Positions 19,044 to 27,960 of a stretch of 64,000 nt of DNA are shown in pieces. Position numbers and translations under genes: made by a program. The stretch covers positions 1,536,001 to 1,600,000 of the forward strand of contig CAWDML010000001.1 of assembly GCA_963803435.1 (NCBI GenBank). The letters are read 5' to 3'. The notes beneath the pieces were generated by a model that was not told the DNA's origin, did not search any database, and saw only the letters and a list, made by a program, of their open reading frames with translations. Source of the stretch: an uncultured delta proteobacterium. Lineage in GTDB: Bacteria > Myxococcota > Kuafuiibacteriia > Kuafuiibacteriales > Kuafuiibacteriaceae. Numbering within the stretch: the first letter of the stretch is position 1; every line of letters begins with the position of its first letter.

Positions 19044-20255
19044 GTGCCCATCCTCGTTCAGAAGTACGGAGGCAGCTCCGTCGCCACCATCGACAAGCTC
19101 AAGCGGGTCGCGAGCCTCGTCTGTGACGCGAAGCGGGCCGGACACGACATGGTGGTCGTGGTCTCGGCCATGGGCGACACCACCGACGAGCTCCTCGAGA
19201 AGGCCAAGCAGATCGCGGACGAGCCGGACCGTCGCGAGCTCGATATGCTCCTGTCGGTTGGCGAGCGCATCTCGATGTCGCTCCTGGCGATGGCGATCCG
19301 CTCGCAGGGATTCGAGGCCGTCTCGCTGACCGGCAGCCAGTCCGGCATCATCACCACGTCGAGCCACGCGAACGCGCGCATCATGGAGGTGCGTCCGTTC
19401 CGAGTGCAGGACGAGCTCGAGCAGAACAAGATCGTCATCGTCGCGGGCTATCAAGGCGTCAGCTACAAGCGCGAGATCACCACCCTCGGGCGCGGCGGAT
19501 CCGACACCACCGCGGTGGCGCTGGCGGCGGCGCTCGACGCGGAAGCATGCGAGATCTACTCGGACGTCGATGGCGTGCGGACCACCGATCCGCGCCTGGT
19601 CCCGGACGCCGCGCGTCTGCCCGCGCTCGGCTACGCCGAGATGCAGGAGCTGGCCGAGGCCGGCGCGAAGGTGCTCAACGCTCAGGCGGTCGAGTTCGCC
19701 AAGACCAAGGGGATCGCGATCTACGCCAGGAAGACCGGCTCGACCAATCCGGGTACGGTCGTCCGTCGCGACGTACCGGCGCCCAGCTCGGGCGTCCGCG
19801 GCATCGCGCATCAGCGCGAGGTGATCTGGGTGGAATCGTCGCACGACGTCGAGCCGCACCTCCTCGGCGCCCTCTTCGCGCGGCTCGACATGCTGGGCGC
19901 GCACCCGCGGCAGGTGACGCTGGCAGCCCGCAAGTTCTCTTGCGTGATCAACCTCGACGACGTCCATGCGCGGTCCACCCTGGACGTCCTGCTGGAGACG
20001 CACCTGGGGCCGAACAGCGCCCGCGCCGGGCGCGGGGCGGTCTCGCTCATCGGCGAAGGGATCACGCGCGACGCCTCGGTCCTGACCCGGACGCTGGAGG
20101 TCCTGGCGGGCGCCGCCATCCCGGTGGCCGGCGTCTCGACCTCGTCCTTCCGCATCACGGCCATCCTTCCGACCGAGTCGGTGGAAAGGGCCGTCACTGC
20201 GCTGCACTCGACGTTTGATCTGACCCGGCCTGCGGCCGACGCCGTGATGCAGTAG
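19044..20255 (+). CDS. lysC: Aspartate kinase
   Basis: [44 protein letters not shown]; C-terminal ACT-like region. Confidence 0.95.
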   Translation: MPILVQKYGGSSVATIDKLKRVASLVCDAKRAGHDMVVVVSAMGDTTDELLEKAKQIADEPDRRELDMLLSVGERISMSLLAMAIRSQGFEAVSLTGSQSGIITTSSHANARIMEVRPFRVQDELEQNKIVIVAGYQGVSYKREITTLGRGGSDTTAVALAAALDAEACEIYSDVDGVRTTDPRLVPDAARLPALGYAEMQELAEAGAKVLNAQAVEFAKTKGIAIYARKTGSTNPGTVVRRDVPAPSSGVRGIAHQREVIWVESSHDVEPHLLGALFARLDMLGAHPRQVTLAARKFSCVINLDDVHARSTLDVLLETHLGPNSARAGRGAVSLIGEGITRDASVLTRTLEVLAGAAIPVAGVSTSSFRITAILPTESVERAVTALHSTFDLTRPAADAVMQ

Positions 20256-20339
20256 GGCTTGCGCAAAAGCCCCATTCGGGCGAGAAGCCGGACCGGATCT
20301 CGGAGGGCCCTTCGGTCCTTCTCGACAGGAGGTCGTCCA
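20255..20339 (+). promoter_or_regulatory. Structured csrA leader with GGA motifs (possible CsrA autoregulatory sites) and SD AGGAGG
   Basis: Hairpin GGGCTT-gcgcaa-AAGCCC (20255-20272); stem GAGAA..GGACCGGA / TTCGGTCC-TTCTC with a GGA in the loop; four GGA in about 50 nt, including the SD. Confidence 0.4.
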
Positions 20340-20579
20340 GTGCTCTCTCTCGCACGCCGTCCGGGACAGAAGATCCGAATCGGCGAGGACATCATCCTCG
20401 TCGTCCGCGAGATCCGAGGACGTCAGGTCAAGATCGGGATCGAAGCGCCCGCGTCGGTCCGCGTCCTCCGTGAAGAGATCTACGAGGAGATGTGCGCCGC
20501 CAACCGGGAAGCTTCGGCGCACCCGCTCGGTCCGGAGACGCTCGCCGCCCTCTCGTCCGCGAGGAAGGATCGGCGGTGA
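20340..20579 (+). CDS. csrA: Carbon storage regulator CsrA
   Basis: MLSLARRPGQKIRIGEDI...QVKIGIEAPASVRVLREEIY; C-terminal helix EEMCAANREA of the FliW-associated type; AGGAGG upstream of the GTG. Confidence 0.93.
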   Translation: MLSLARRPGQKIRIGEDIILVVREIRGRQVKIGIEAPASVRVLREEIYEEMCAANREASAHPLGPETLAALSSARKDRR

Positions 20580-21007
20580 AGGTTGCCACAGCCCGGTTCG
20601 GGGAGGTCGAGGTCACGGACGATCGCGTCCTCACCTTCCCCGAGGGGCTACCGGGTTTCGAAGGCAAGCGCTACGCCTTGCTGGCACGCTCCGAGACCCC
20701 CACGGTCGAGTGGCTGCAGTCGCTCTCGGATCCACAGGTCGCGGTCATGGTCCTCGACCCCGAGCGTTTCGAGATCGATTACACCCCCAAGCCCAAGGCC
20801 GCCGAGCTGGCACCCATCGACGGCGAGGCTGGCGCCCCGATCGCCTGCCGCGTGGTGGTCCGGGACGGCGAGGTGCCAGGTGAGGCGTACCTCAACCTGT
20901 TCGCGCCGATCCTGATCAACTTCTCGAAAAGCTTGGCGATGCAGGTGCCGCTGGTCGGCAGCGGGTTCGACGTCCGCGAACCCTGGCCCTCTCGGAGCGC
21001 GACCTGA
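20576..21007 (+). CDS. fliW: Flagellar assembly factor FliW (CsrA antagonist)
   Basis: TARFGEVEV...LTFPEGLPGF, WLQSLSDP...DP..F..DY, NLFAPILIN...Q; GTGA overlap with the csrA stop. Confidence 0.88.
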   Translation: MKVATARFGEVEVTDDRVLTFPEGLPGFEGKRYALLARSETPTVEWLQSLSDPQVAVMVLDPERFEIDYTPKPKAAELAPIDGEAGAPIACRVVVRDGEVPGEAYLNLFAPILINFSKSLAMQVPLVGSGFDVREPWPSRSAT

Positions 21008-21022
21008 TACCTTCGGTCTCGC

Positions 21023-21532
21023 GTGATCGAGCTCTTTACCTTCCTGGAGAAGAACAAGCCGGAAATCATCGAAGACCTGATGGAGCGCATCCCTGCGACG
21101 GTGCCCGCCTATCTCAAGGTGCCGAAGCCGGAGCTGCGCCAGACGCTCGAGCACCTGCTCGAGGCCTTCGGCGATTATCTGGTGACGGGTGAGCCCGACA
21201 CGCTCACCTCGGTGCTCCGCTACATCACCAAGGTGCGGGCCCAGCAGAGCTTCAAGCTCTCCGACGTCCTCCGCTCGCTGCTCCTGCTCCCGCCCGCGCT
21301 CCGCGAGCGGCTCCAGGAGGAGTATCGCGATCGGGACACCGAGGACGGCCGCGAGGCCTTCAACGACGCCATGGAGAAGTTCGAGGAGACCACCTACAAC
21401 GCGGTCTGCCTCTTCGTGGACATCTTCCAGGAGTACCTGATGAACATGGTCAACGAGCATCAGGAGTACCTCAAGAAGACCAACCAAAAGTTCGGCGTCG
21501 ATCTCTCCAAGTTCATCCTCTTCAAGGGGTGA
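21023..21532 (+). CDS. Stand-alone RsbRD_N-like all-helical protein
   Basis: Pattern FLEKNKPEIIE...Y...ELRQTLEHLLEAF...RAQQSFKLSDVLRSLLLL..ALRE resembles the RsbRD N-terminal helical sensor domain; very strong codon bias. Confidence 0.55.
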   Translation: MIELFTFLEKNKPEIIEDLMERIPATVPAYLKVPKPELRQTLEHLLEAFGDYLVTGEPDTLTSVLRYITKVRAQQSFKLSDVLRSLLLLPPALRERLQEEYRDRDTEDGREAFNDAMEKFEETTYNAVCLFVDIFQEYLMNMVNEHQEYLKKTNQKFGVDLSKFILFKG

Positions 21533-21535
21533 TGA

Positions 21536-22222
21536 GTGGAAAAGGACGATCCGAAGGTCACCGCCGGCCGGCTCGCGTTCGACGACGATTACCGGCGCAA
21601 GCAGATCTCGGGTAACGACGGATCTCCGGAGCTCGAGGCGATCGTGGAGAGCCTCGACGGCCCCCAGACCGGCGAGTCGCTCGACGACCTTCTACCGCGG
21701 CGGCGCCATCCGGATCTCCGTCCGGTCGACATCGAGCCGCCCGGTTTCCTGCGTCCGCTCGAGGCGATGCGCGACATCTACATGCGCGTGAAGAGCCGGA
21801 TCTCGCCCCGCACCAAGGAGATCCTCGAAGGGCCGGACCTCGAGGATCTGATCACCATGATGCACGCGCTCTTCGACGACGAGTCGCTGGTGCGAAAGAG
21901 CGACGCGCGCCACCGCCGCGATCTCCTCGACACGATCGGCGACGAGGGCCCGCTCCTCACCGGCTTCTCCGACCCGCGCCTCACCGAGATGTGGCGTCTG
22001 TTTCTCGAGGGCTGGGACATCTGGGTGCCGGAAGGTAAGGAAAACGGCGTCGACCTGTTCTGGGAGGGCGAGGCCGAAGACGACGCGGGGCGCGTCATCG
22101 AGATCCTCCAGTCGCTCGTCTTTCGCGAGGGCGAGGCGCAGCTCTCCACGCGCATCGGCGCGCTCGACGAGACGATCACATTCGACGGATCGGCGTTCTA
22201 CCGCTTGAAGACCCAGCGGTGA
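21536..22222 (+). CDS. Hypothetical cytoplasmic protein
   Basis: 228-aa ORF with GC3 bias, 3 nt after the previous stop; no recognised motif. Confidence 0.65.
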   Translation: MEKDDPKVTAGRLAFDDDYRRKQISGNDGSPELEAIVESLDGPQTGESLDDLLPRRRHPDLRPVDIEPPGFLRPLEAMRDIYMRVKSRISPRTKEILEGPDLEDLITMMHALFDDESLVRKSDARHRRDLLDTIGDEGPLLTGFSDPRLTEMWRLFLEGWDIWVPEGKENGVDLFWEGEAEDDAGRVIEILQSLVFREGEAQLSTRIGALDETITFDGSAFYRLKTQR

Positions 22223-22255
22223 AGTCCGTGTTAGGGTGACAATCGAAACAAGCGG

Positions 22256-24166
22256 ATGGACTGCCCATCGTGTGGAAATACGGTGGCGGAGGCCGCCTGG
22301 ATCTGCGGCTTTTGCGACCACATCCTGGATGCTTCCGTTCTCGGAGACGTCTACGAGAGCGCGGAGGATTCGAGCGATCGCGTGCCCTCCGTCCGCGAAG
22401 AGCGAACCTCACTCATCGTGTGGAACCCCCGCCCGGACAGCGGTGAAGACGACGTCCCCGACGCCATGATTCTGGGCGACGCCGGAGTCGCCGAGGACGA
22501 CTTCCAGCTGATGCGCGGCGCCGCCCGGCGGGACGACGGGCGTACCGCCACGTTCCTCTTCTACGCCAGCAACGCGACGTCGCGGATCATCCATCCCGAC
22601 GCGGTCCCCCGGATCACCGGGGGCGATCAGACGATCCCGAGAACGCCGTACGAGGACTTCATCCTGTCGCAGATCGACGGCGTGCGCAGCGTCCGCGAGA
22701 TCCATCGGGCATCGGGCCTGGCGCCCCAGGAGGTGATGGTCACGCTGCTCACGCTCCTCGACAAGGGTGGGATCCGGATCGACGGCGTCTCCTCACCCCA
22801 GCACGGAATGCGCGACCTGGACGGTGAGCTCGAGACCACGCAGGCGATCGAACGGGCTGCCTCCACCGGTCCGATCCCGGTGATAAACGACGAGGATCTG
22901 CCGAGCGCCACCGACTTCGCGGAGCTGATCGCAGAGGTGAACCAGCAGATCTCGAAGCGCGCGCCCTCGCCCCGCCTCGACTCCTTCTCCGACGTCTGGG
23001 CCGAGCCGGACCCCGACTCCGCCGTCAACGCCGACGCGCTCATCGAGGACCAAGAAGAGATCCCCACCCAGCTCGGCGAGGAGGTGACCAACACCGGACG
23101 CCCCACGTCGCGACGCGCGAGCATCCGCAACGAGCGCTCGGACACCAAGCCGCCCATCCCGCGCGCGACGTCCCCAGCCGAGCGGGCTCTGCCGGCCGAC
23201 GAGCTGCCGACCCGTGAGGACCCGCCGGAGCGGACGCTCTCCCCGGTGGTGCGACCGTCGGCGATCTCGAAGACCCCGGTACCGGCGCCGCTGCTCGACC
23301 CGGCGTTCCTGGTGGAGGTCCCGCCGTCGGAGCGCCTCCTCACGCCGGGCCTGGTCGGCGACCTCGACGAGGAGCCGGTGGTCGCGCCGGTCGGAGAGAC
23401 CCGGCGAGAGAGCACCGGCAAGCGACAGAAGGCCAGGGATCGGCAGCGGCGCGCGCTGGCGAAGGCGGTCAAGCGCGGCCCCATCCAGGAGGTGCGCCGG
23501 GGCGAGAGCCAGCCACGACCAAAGCGAAAGGCCCACTCCGAGAGGCTCGAGCCGGTGCCCGTCCCGGAGGACGCGTCCAACCTCGGGGAGCCCACCCCGC
23601 TGCCGCACGGCCGCCCGAAGGCCGAGCCGATCGACAGCCTCAACATGCTCAAGGCGCAGAAGTTGTTCGACCAGGCGCTCAAGGACAAGTCGGAGGGGAA
23701 CCTGGTCTCCGCGCGCATGAACATGAAGCTGGCGATGACCTTCGATCCCACGAACGAGCTCTATGCGGAGTCGTTCGACGATCTCTCCAAGAACCCCGAC
23801 GCGCAGGTCCGGGCGAACGGGCCCACCGGAAAGTCGCGGGCCCGAGATCTCTACGATCAGGCGACCGAGGCCGAGAACAGCGGCGACGTCGACCGTGCCA
23901 TCACGCTGCTCGAGCAGGCGATCGCGTGCTCGAAGCAGGCGCCCTTCCTCAACCGTCTCGGCGTCCTCCTCGCCATGAAGAAGCGGGAGTTTTCGCGCGC
24001 CCAGCAGCTGGTGGAGCAGGCGAAGGATCTCGCGCCCGACAACACCGCGTACGAGAAGAACCTCCAGAAGATCCTCTCGATGGCCGCGACCTCCGACATG
24101 CGCCGGAACGACGAAGAGCGAGACAACAAGAAGGGTCTGCTCGGCCTGCTCGGGAGGCGCAAGTGA
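22256..24166 (+). CDS. Zinc-ribbon / winged-helix-like / TPR protein
   Basis: CPSC..CGFC at the N-terminus; FILSQIDGVRSVREIHRASGL..EVMVTLLTLLDKGGI (myxobacterial wHTH-like segment); C-terminal TPRs. Confidence 0.75.
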   Translation: MDCPSCGNTVAEAAWICGFCDHILDASVLGDVYESAEDSSDRVPSVREERTSLIVWNPRPDSGEDDVPDAMILGDAGVAEDDFQLMRGAARRDDGRTATFLFYASNATSRIIHPDAVPRITGGDQTIPRTPYEDFILSQIDGVRSVREIHRASGLAPQEVMVTLLTLLDKGGIRIDGVSSPQHGMRDLDGELETTQAIERAASTGPIPVINDEDLPSATDFAELIAEVNQQISKRAPSPRLDSFSDVWAEPDPDSAVNADALIEDQEEIPTQLGEEVTNTGRPTSRRASIRNERSDTKPPIPRATSPAERALPADELPTREDPPERTLSPVVRPSAISKTPVPAPLLDPAFLVEVPPSERLLTPGLVGDLDEEPVVAPVGETRRESTGKRQKARDRQRRALAKAVKRGPIQEVRRGESQPRPKRKAHSERLEPVPVPEDASNLGEPTPLPHGRPKAEPIDSLNMLKAQKLFDQALKDKSEGNLVSARMNMKLAMTFDPTNELYAESFDDLSKNPDAQVRANGPTGKSRARDLYDQATEAENSGDVDRAITLLEQAIACSKQAPFLNRLGVLLAMKKREFSRAQQLVEQAKDLAPDNTAYEKNLQKILSMAATSDMRRNDEERDNKKGLLGLLGRRK

Positions 24167-24726
24167 GGTTGACAGCGCTCGCCACCGGGCTGACCGCGCT
24201 CGTCGCCTCGAGCCTCGCGTATGGCGAGGCCGCGCCCGAGAAGACCGCGGTCGCCAAGGTCGCCAAGCGCACCCGACCGACGACGCTGTTCGAGGAGATC
24301 CAGAAGCTGCTCCCGCGAGGCTGGACCCTCCAGACCGAGGGCCTGCCGGCGGGCGTGCAGGGCATGGCGCTCGGCCCCGCCGGCGCCACGGGTCGCGCGG
24401 TGGTGCTGCTGTCGGTGCTCGATGTCGGCGCGAAGGACGAGGAGCTCACTGATCGGGGCGCGCGTGCATTCCTGGTCGAGGAGGTCGATGCCTCCCCGAG
24501 CGTCGAATCGCTGCGCCCGGTCGCCGGGGGCGTAGCCGGCGCGGCCGAGTTCTCGGCCACCGCGGCGGTGCGAGGCGCGGAGGAACGGATCGTGCGCTAT
24601 CTGGTCGCCAGCGGGACGCCATCTTACCTGTTGACGGTGGTAGCGCCCAAGAGCAGTTTCGAGGCCACCTATCGACAGGTCGTCGAGATCGCAACCCGCC
24701 TTCGCCGCTCGACGGCAAAGCAGTGA
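24163..24726 (+). CDS. Secreted hypothetical protein
   Basis: GTG overlaps the previous stop; signal VRLTALATGLTALVASSLAYG. Confidence 0.55.
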   Translation: MRLTALATGLTALVASSLAYGEAAPEKTAVAKVAKRTRPTTLFEEIQKLLPRGWTLQTEGLPAGVQGMALGPAGATGRAVVLLSVLDVGAKDEELTDRGARAFLVEEVDASPSVESLRPVAGGVAGAAEFSATAAVRGAEERIVRYLVASGTPSYLLTVVAPKSSFEATYRQVVEIATRLRRSTAKQ

Positions 24727-24739
24727 TCGAGCAGCGATT

Positions 24740-25660
24740 ATGAGCAAGGATCGAAAGCGCGGCCCGAAGGATAGCGAGACGCTCGGCGGACAGAAGTCGC
24801 GGGTGTTCTCGGGCAAGGCGGGGATGATGGCGATCCCTGCGAACATCGAGTCCGGCCGCAAGGTCGGGAACATGCGGGCCGAGGCGCCGAGGAGCGCGCG
24901 CGCCACCTGGAAGTCGCCGGATCAGGGCTCGGGCTCGGGTCGCTCGATCGCGAAGGCTGGTCAGATGATCTCGCTGACCGACACCGCGATCAGCGCGATG
25001 CCGTCCGACTCGCGCGACCTGGCGGTGCTCTACGAGAAGGACGGTCGCTTCGCCTCCGAGCTTCGCATCCTGGCCACGCGCATGGAGGACCTCCGGACGC
25101 GGCTCGGCTACCGGTCGTTCCTCATCACCTCGCCGGGCGACGGCCAGGGCAAGACGGTCATCGCCTCCAACCTGTCGCTGGTCATGAGCGAGGACTCCGA
25201 GCGACGCGTGGCCCTCCTCGACGCCAACTTTCGCAGCCCCCGGGCGGCCGACCTCTTCAACCTGGACAAGAACCGCAGCCTGCTCTCGGCGCTCAGCGGC
25301 GAGTATCCGCTCTCGCAGTGCGTCGCGCGCGTGCTCGGTCGCAATCTGGTGGTGCTGCACGCGGGCGGCGAGCACAAGAACCCGGCCTCCATCCTCTCGT
25401 CGCCGAAGTTCAAGACCTTGCTCTCGGAGCTCTATCAGTCGGTCGACTTCCTGATCATCGATGCTCCCAGCGCGCTCCCCTACGCCGACGTCCCGCTCCT
25501 CGCGCAGCACGTCGACGCCGTCTTCATGGTCGCTTCGGCGTGGCGCACCAACCGAGCCCGCCTCGACAAGGCGCTCGACACGATCGGCCGTACGCGGGTC
25601 GCCGGCTCGGTCTTCCTGCAACGCTCGAAGCGCGACAAGAAGAAGACCAAGAGTGCCTGA
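24740..25660 (+). CDS. CpsD/CapB family (BY-kinase-like) P-loop protein
   Basis: ITSPGDGQGKTVIASNL, LLDANFRSP, FLIIDAP, ADVPLLAQHVDAV. Confidence 0.85.
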   Translation: MSKDRKRGPKDSETLGGQKSRVFSGKAGMMAIPANIESGRKVGNMRAEAPRSARATWKSPDQGSGSGRSIAKAGQMISLTDTAISAMPSDSRDLAVLYEKDGRFASELRILATRMEDLRTRLGYRSFLITSPGDGQGKTVIASNLSLVMSEDSERRVALLDANFRSPRAADLFNLDKNRSLLSALSGEYPLSQCVARVLGRNLVVLHAGGEHKNPASILSSPKFKTLLSELYQSVDFLIIDAPSALPYADVPLLAQHVDAVFMVASAWRTNRARLDKALDTIGRTRVAGSVFLQRSKRDKKKTKSA

Positions 25661-26501
25661 GCCCGAAGGCGCGCCGGTCAACGCGATGACGGTGGACGTG
25701 GAGGAGTACTTCACGGTCCAGGCGCTCGACGGCATCGTTCCCCGCGCGCAGTGGCCGGCCCAGCCGCTCCGGTCGGACGCGCAGACGCGGCGCCTCCTCG
25801 ACCTCTTCGACGGGCGCGGCATCCGAGCCACCTTCTTCGTTCTGGGCTGGGTGGCGGATCGCCAGCGCGAGCTGATCAAGGAGATCCACGCGCGGGGGCA
25901 CGAGGTGGCGGCCCACTCGTACTGGCACAAGCTGGTGTTCGAGATGACCCCGGAGGAGTTCCGGGAAGATCTCCGCCGCGTGAAGGGACTCCTCGAGGAT
26001 CTGATCGGTGATGCCGTCATCGGCTACCGCGCGCCGACCTACTCGGTGACCAAAGCATGCCCGTGGGCGCATCCGATCCTCGCCGAGGAAGGCTTCCTCT
26101 ACTCCTCGTCGATCTTCCCCATCGTGCACGATCGCTACGGCATCCCGGACTACCCGCGCTTCCCGGTGAAGCTCTCCGTGGCGGGCCGCGACCTCTGGGA
26201 GTTCCCGCTGACCACGGTGCGGGTGGCCGGACGAAACCTCCCGGTGGCCGGCGGCGGCTATCTGCGGCTCTTTCCCGTCTGGACGGTCGCGAAGGCGATC
26301 GCCCGGGTGAACCGCCGGGAAGGTCAGCCCGCGATCCTCTATCTGCACCCCTGGGAGATCGACCCGCAGATCCCGAAGTTTCGCCAAGGGTTCCTGCGGG
26401 ACACGCGCGGGTACATCGGCCTCCGCGGCATGTTCGGCAAGCTCGACTACCTGATCGAGCGCTTCCCGTTCGCCCGGGTTCGTGACGTTCTTCGGCTCTG
26501 A
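25653..26501 (+). CDS. Polysaccharide deacetylase (DUF3473/XrtA-system type)
   Basis: NAMTVDVEEYF, ATFFVLGWVA, GHEVAAHSYWH, GYRAPTYS, HDRYG, PVAGGGYLRL, YLHPWEIDP. Confidence 0.92.
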   Translation: MPEPEGAPVNAMTVDVEEYFTVQALDGIVPRAQWPAQPLRSDAQTRRLLDLFDGRGIRATFFVLGWVADRQRELIKEIHARGHEVAAHSYWHKLVFEMTPEEFREDLRRVKGLLEDLIGDAVIGYRAPTYSVTKACPWAHPILAEEGFLYSSSIFPIVHDRYGIPDYPRFPVKLSVAGRDLWEFPLTTVRVAGRNLPVAGGGYLRLFPVWTVAKAIARVNRREGQPAILYLHPWEIDPQIPKFRQGFLRDTRGYIGLRGMFGKLDYLIERFPFARVRDVLRL

Positions 26502-26559
26502 TCGACCGACCTCACTCCTCCGATTGACGGCCCTTCGGCCGGCGGAACAGATCGACGGG

Positions 26560-27960
26560 ATGCAGGCGCTCCTCGAACGCCAGGAAGAGCTGAAGAAGAT
26601 CACGATGGCCTGGGCCGCGCACCGCCGCCTCGACGAGGCCGAGACCGCGCGGATCCGCAGGAGCGCGATCGAGCTCTGCCACGACCACTACCGGAGCTCG
26701 ATCCCATTCTATCAGCAGGTCTGCCGCCGCATGGGCGTCGCCGGCGCTGCCGACTTCGAAACCATCGCCGCGCACCTGCTCGTCCCCGACGACATCTTCA
26801 AGTCGTATCCCTCCCGGCTCCTGGACGAAGGGCGCTTCGACGAGATGAGCCGCTGGATCTCGCGGATCAGCACCGTCACGCTCGACGCCGACGTCTCGAG
26901 CGTCGAGACCATCGACGACTGGATCGAGGTGGTGGAGCGCGCCGGGCTGCGGCTCGTCTTCAGCTCCGGAACCTCGGGCCACATCTCCTTCGTCCCGCGC
27001 GACGAACGGACCTGGCGCGCGTTCACCGAGCTCCCCTTCCTCTACGCCGCCGCGCAGCTCGGGCACCGCGGATTGCTGCCGGCGTGGAAGTTCTTCCTGG
27101 TCCGCCTGGCGTCGGATCGGCTGGCGCCCGACACCTATTCGGACCTGGTCAAGAAGCACGGCCTTCGCTCACTCGACGCGTTCATCTTCAACTTCAGCGG
27201 CGGCAACCAGGGCATCCAGCTGGTGGGGCAAGAGCTGGGCAAGCTGACGCGCTCGGCCCACTTCCTCTACCCGCGGCGGATGAGCGCCGCCGCCGTCCGC
27301 TGCATCGTGCGGGGCCCCCGCAGCGAGCGCGAGCGCGAGCTGGCCGAGGACTTCCTTGAGACCACGGTGAAGCGCAAGCGCGAGCACTACCAGCGGCTGA
27401 TCGCCTCGCTCCAGCGCGCGGTGGCGCGGCGCCATCCGGCGGTCCTGTTCGGTACGCCGGCGCTGATGCTCGAGCTGTGCGACGAGGTCCAGCGGCTCGG
27501 CGCACGGGTCCGGCTCTCCGCCGGGAGCAGCATCTCCTACGGAGGCGGATGGAAGTCGTTCACCGGGACCCGCATCTCCGAGGAGGCGCTCAACCGGCGC
27601 CTCTCGGAGACCTTCGGGCTCCCCAACGCCGCCATCTCCGAGGGCTACTCGATGACCGAGATCAACGGACTGATGCAGAAGTGCGTCCACGGCCGGTTCC
27701 ACGTCCCGCCCTTCCTCGAGGCGATCGTCTACGACGAGGAGCTCGAGGTGAAGTCGGGCGACGACGTGATGGGCACGCTCGGGATCCTCGATCCGTTTGC
27801 CACCTCCTATCCCGGCTTCGTGCTGACCGGCGACAACGTCCGTCTCTTCCGCACGCCCTGCCGCTGCGGCCTCCCCGGCCCCTCGATCCAGCGCGTCGAA
27901 CGCTCCCCCGGCAAAGAGGTCAAGGGCTGCGGCGGCATCATGGCCACGGTGAACGCATGA
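26560..27960 (+). CDS. LuxE-like acyl-protein synthetase
   Basis: HY..IPFY, DIFKSY, FSSGTSG (adenylation P-loop), GGGWK, YSMTE, HVPP, SYPGFVLTGD, CRCG, C-terminal EVKGCG with the acyl-accepting Cys. Start could be as far upstream as 26482. Confidence 0.82.
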   Translation: MQALLERQEELKKITMAWAAHRRLDEAETARIRRSAIELCHDHYRSSIPFYQQVCRRMGVAGAADFETIAAHLLVPDDIFKSYPSRLLDEGRFDEMSRWISRISTVTLDADVSSVETIDDWIEVVERAGLRLVFSSGTSGHISFVPRDERTWRAFTELPFLYAAAQLGHRGLLPAWKFFLVRLASDRLAPDTYSDLVKKHGLRSLDAFIFNFSGGNQGIQLVGQELGKLTRSAHFLYPRRMSAAAVRCIVRGPRSERERELAEDFLETTVKRKREHYQRLIASLQRAVARRHPAVLFGTPALMLELCDEVQRLGARVRLSAGSSISYGGGWKSFTGTRISEEALNRRLSETFGLPNAAISEGYSMTEINGLMQKCVHGRFHVPPFLEAIVYDEELEVKSGDDVMGTLGILDPFATSYPGFVLTGDNVRLFRTPCRCGLPGPSIQRVERSPGKEVKGCGGIMATVNA

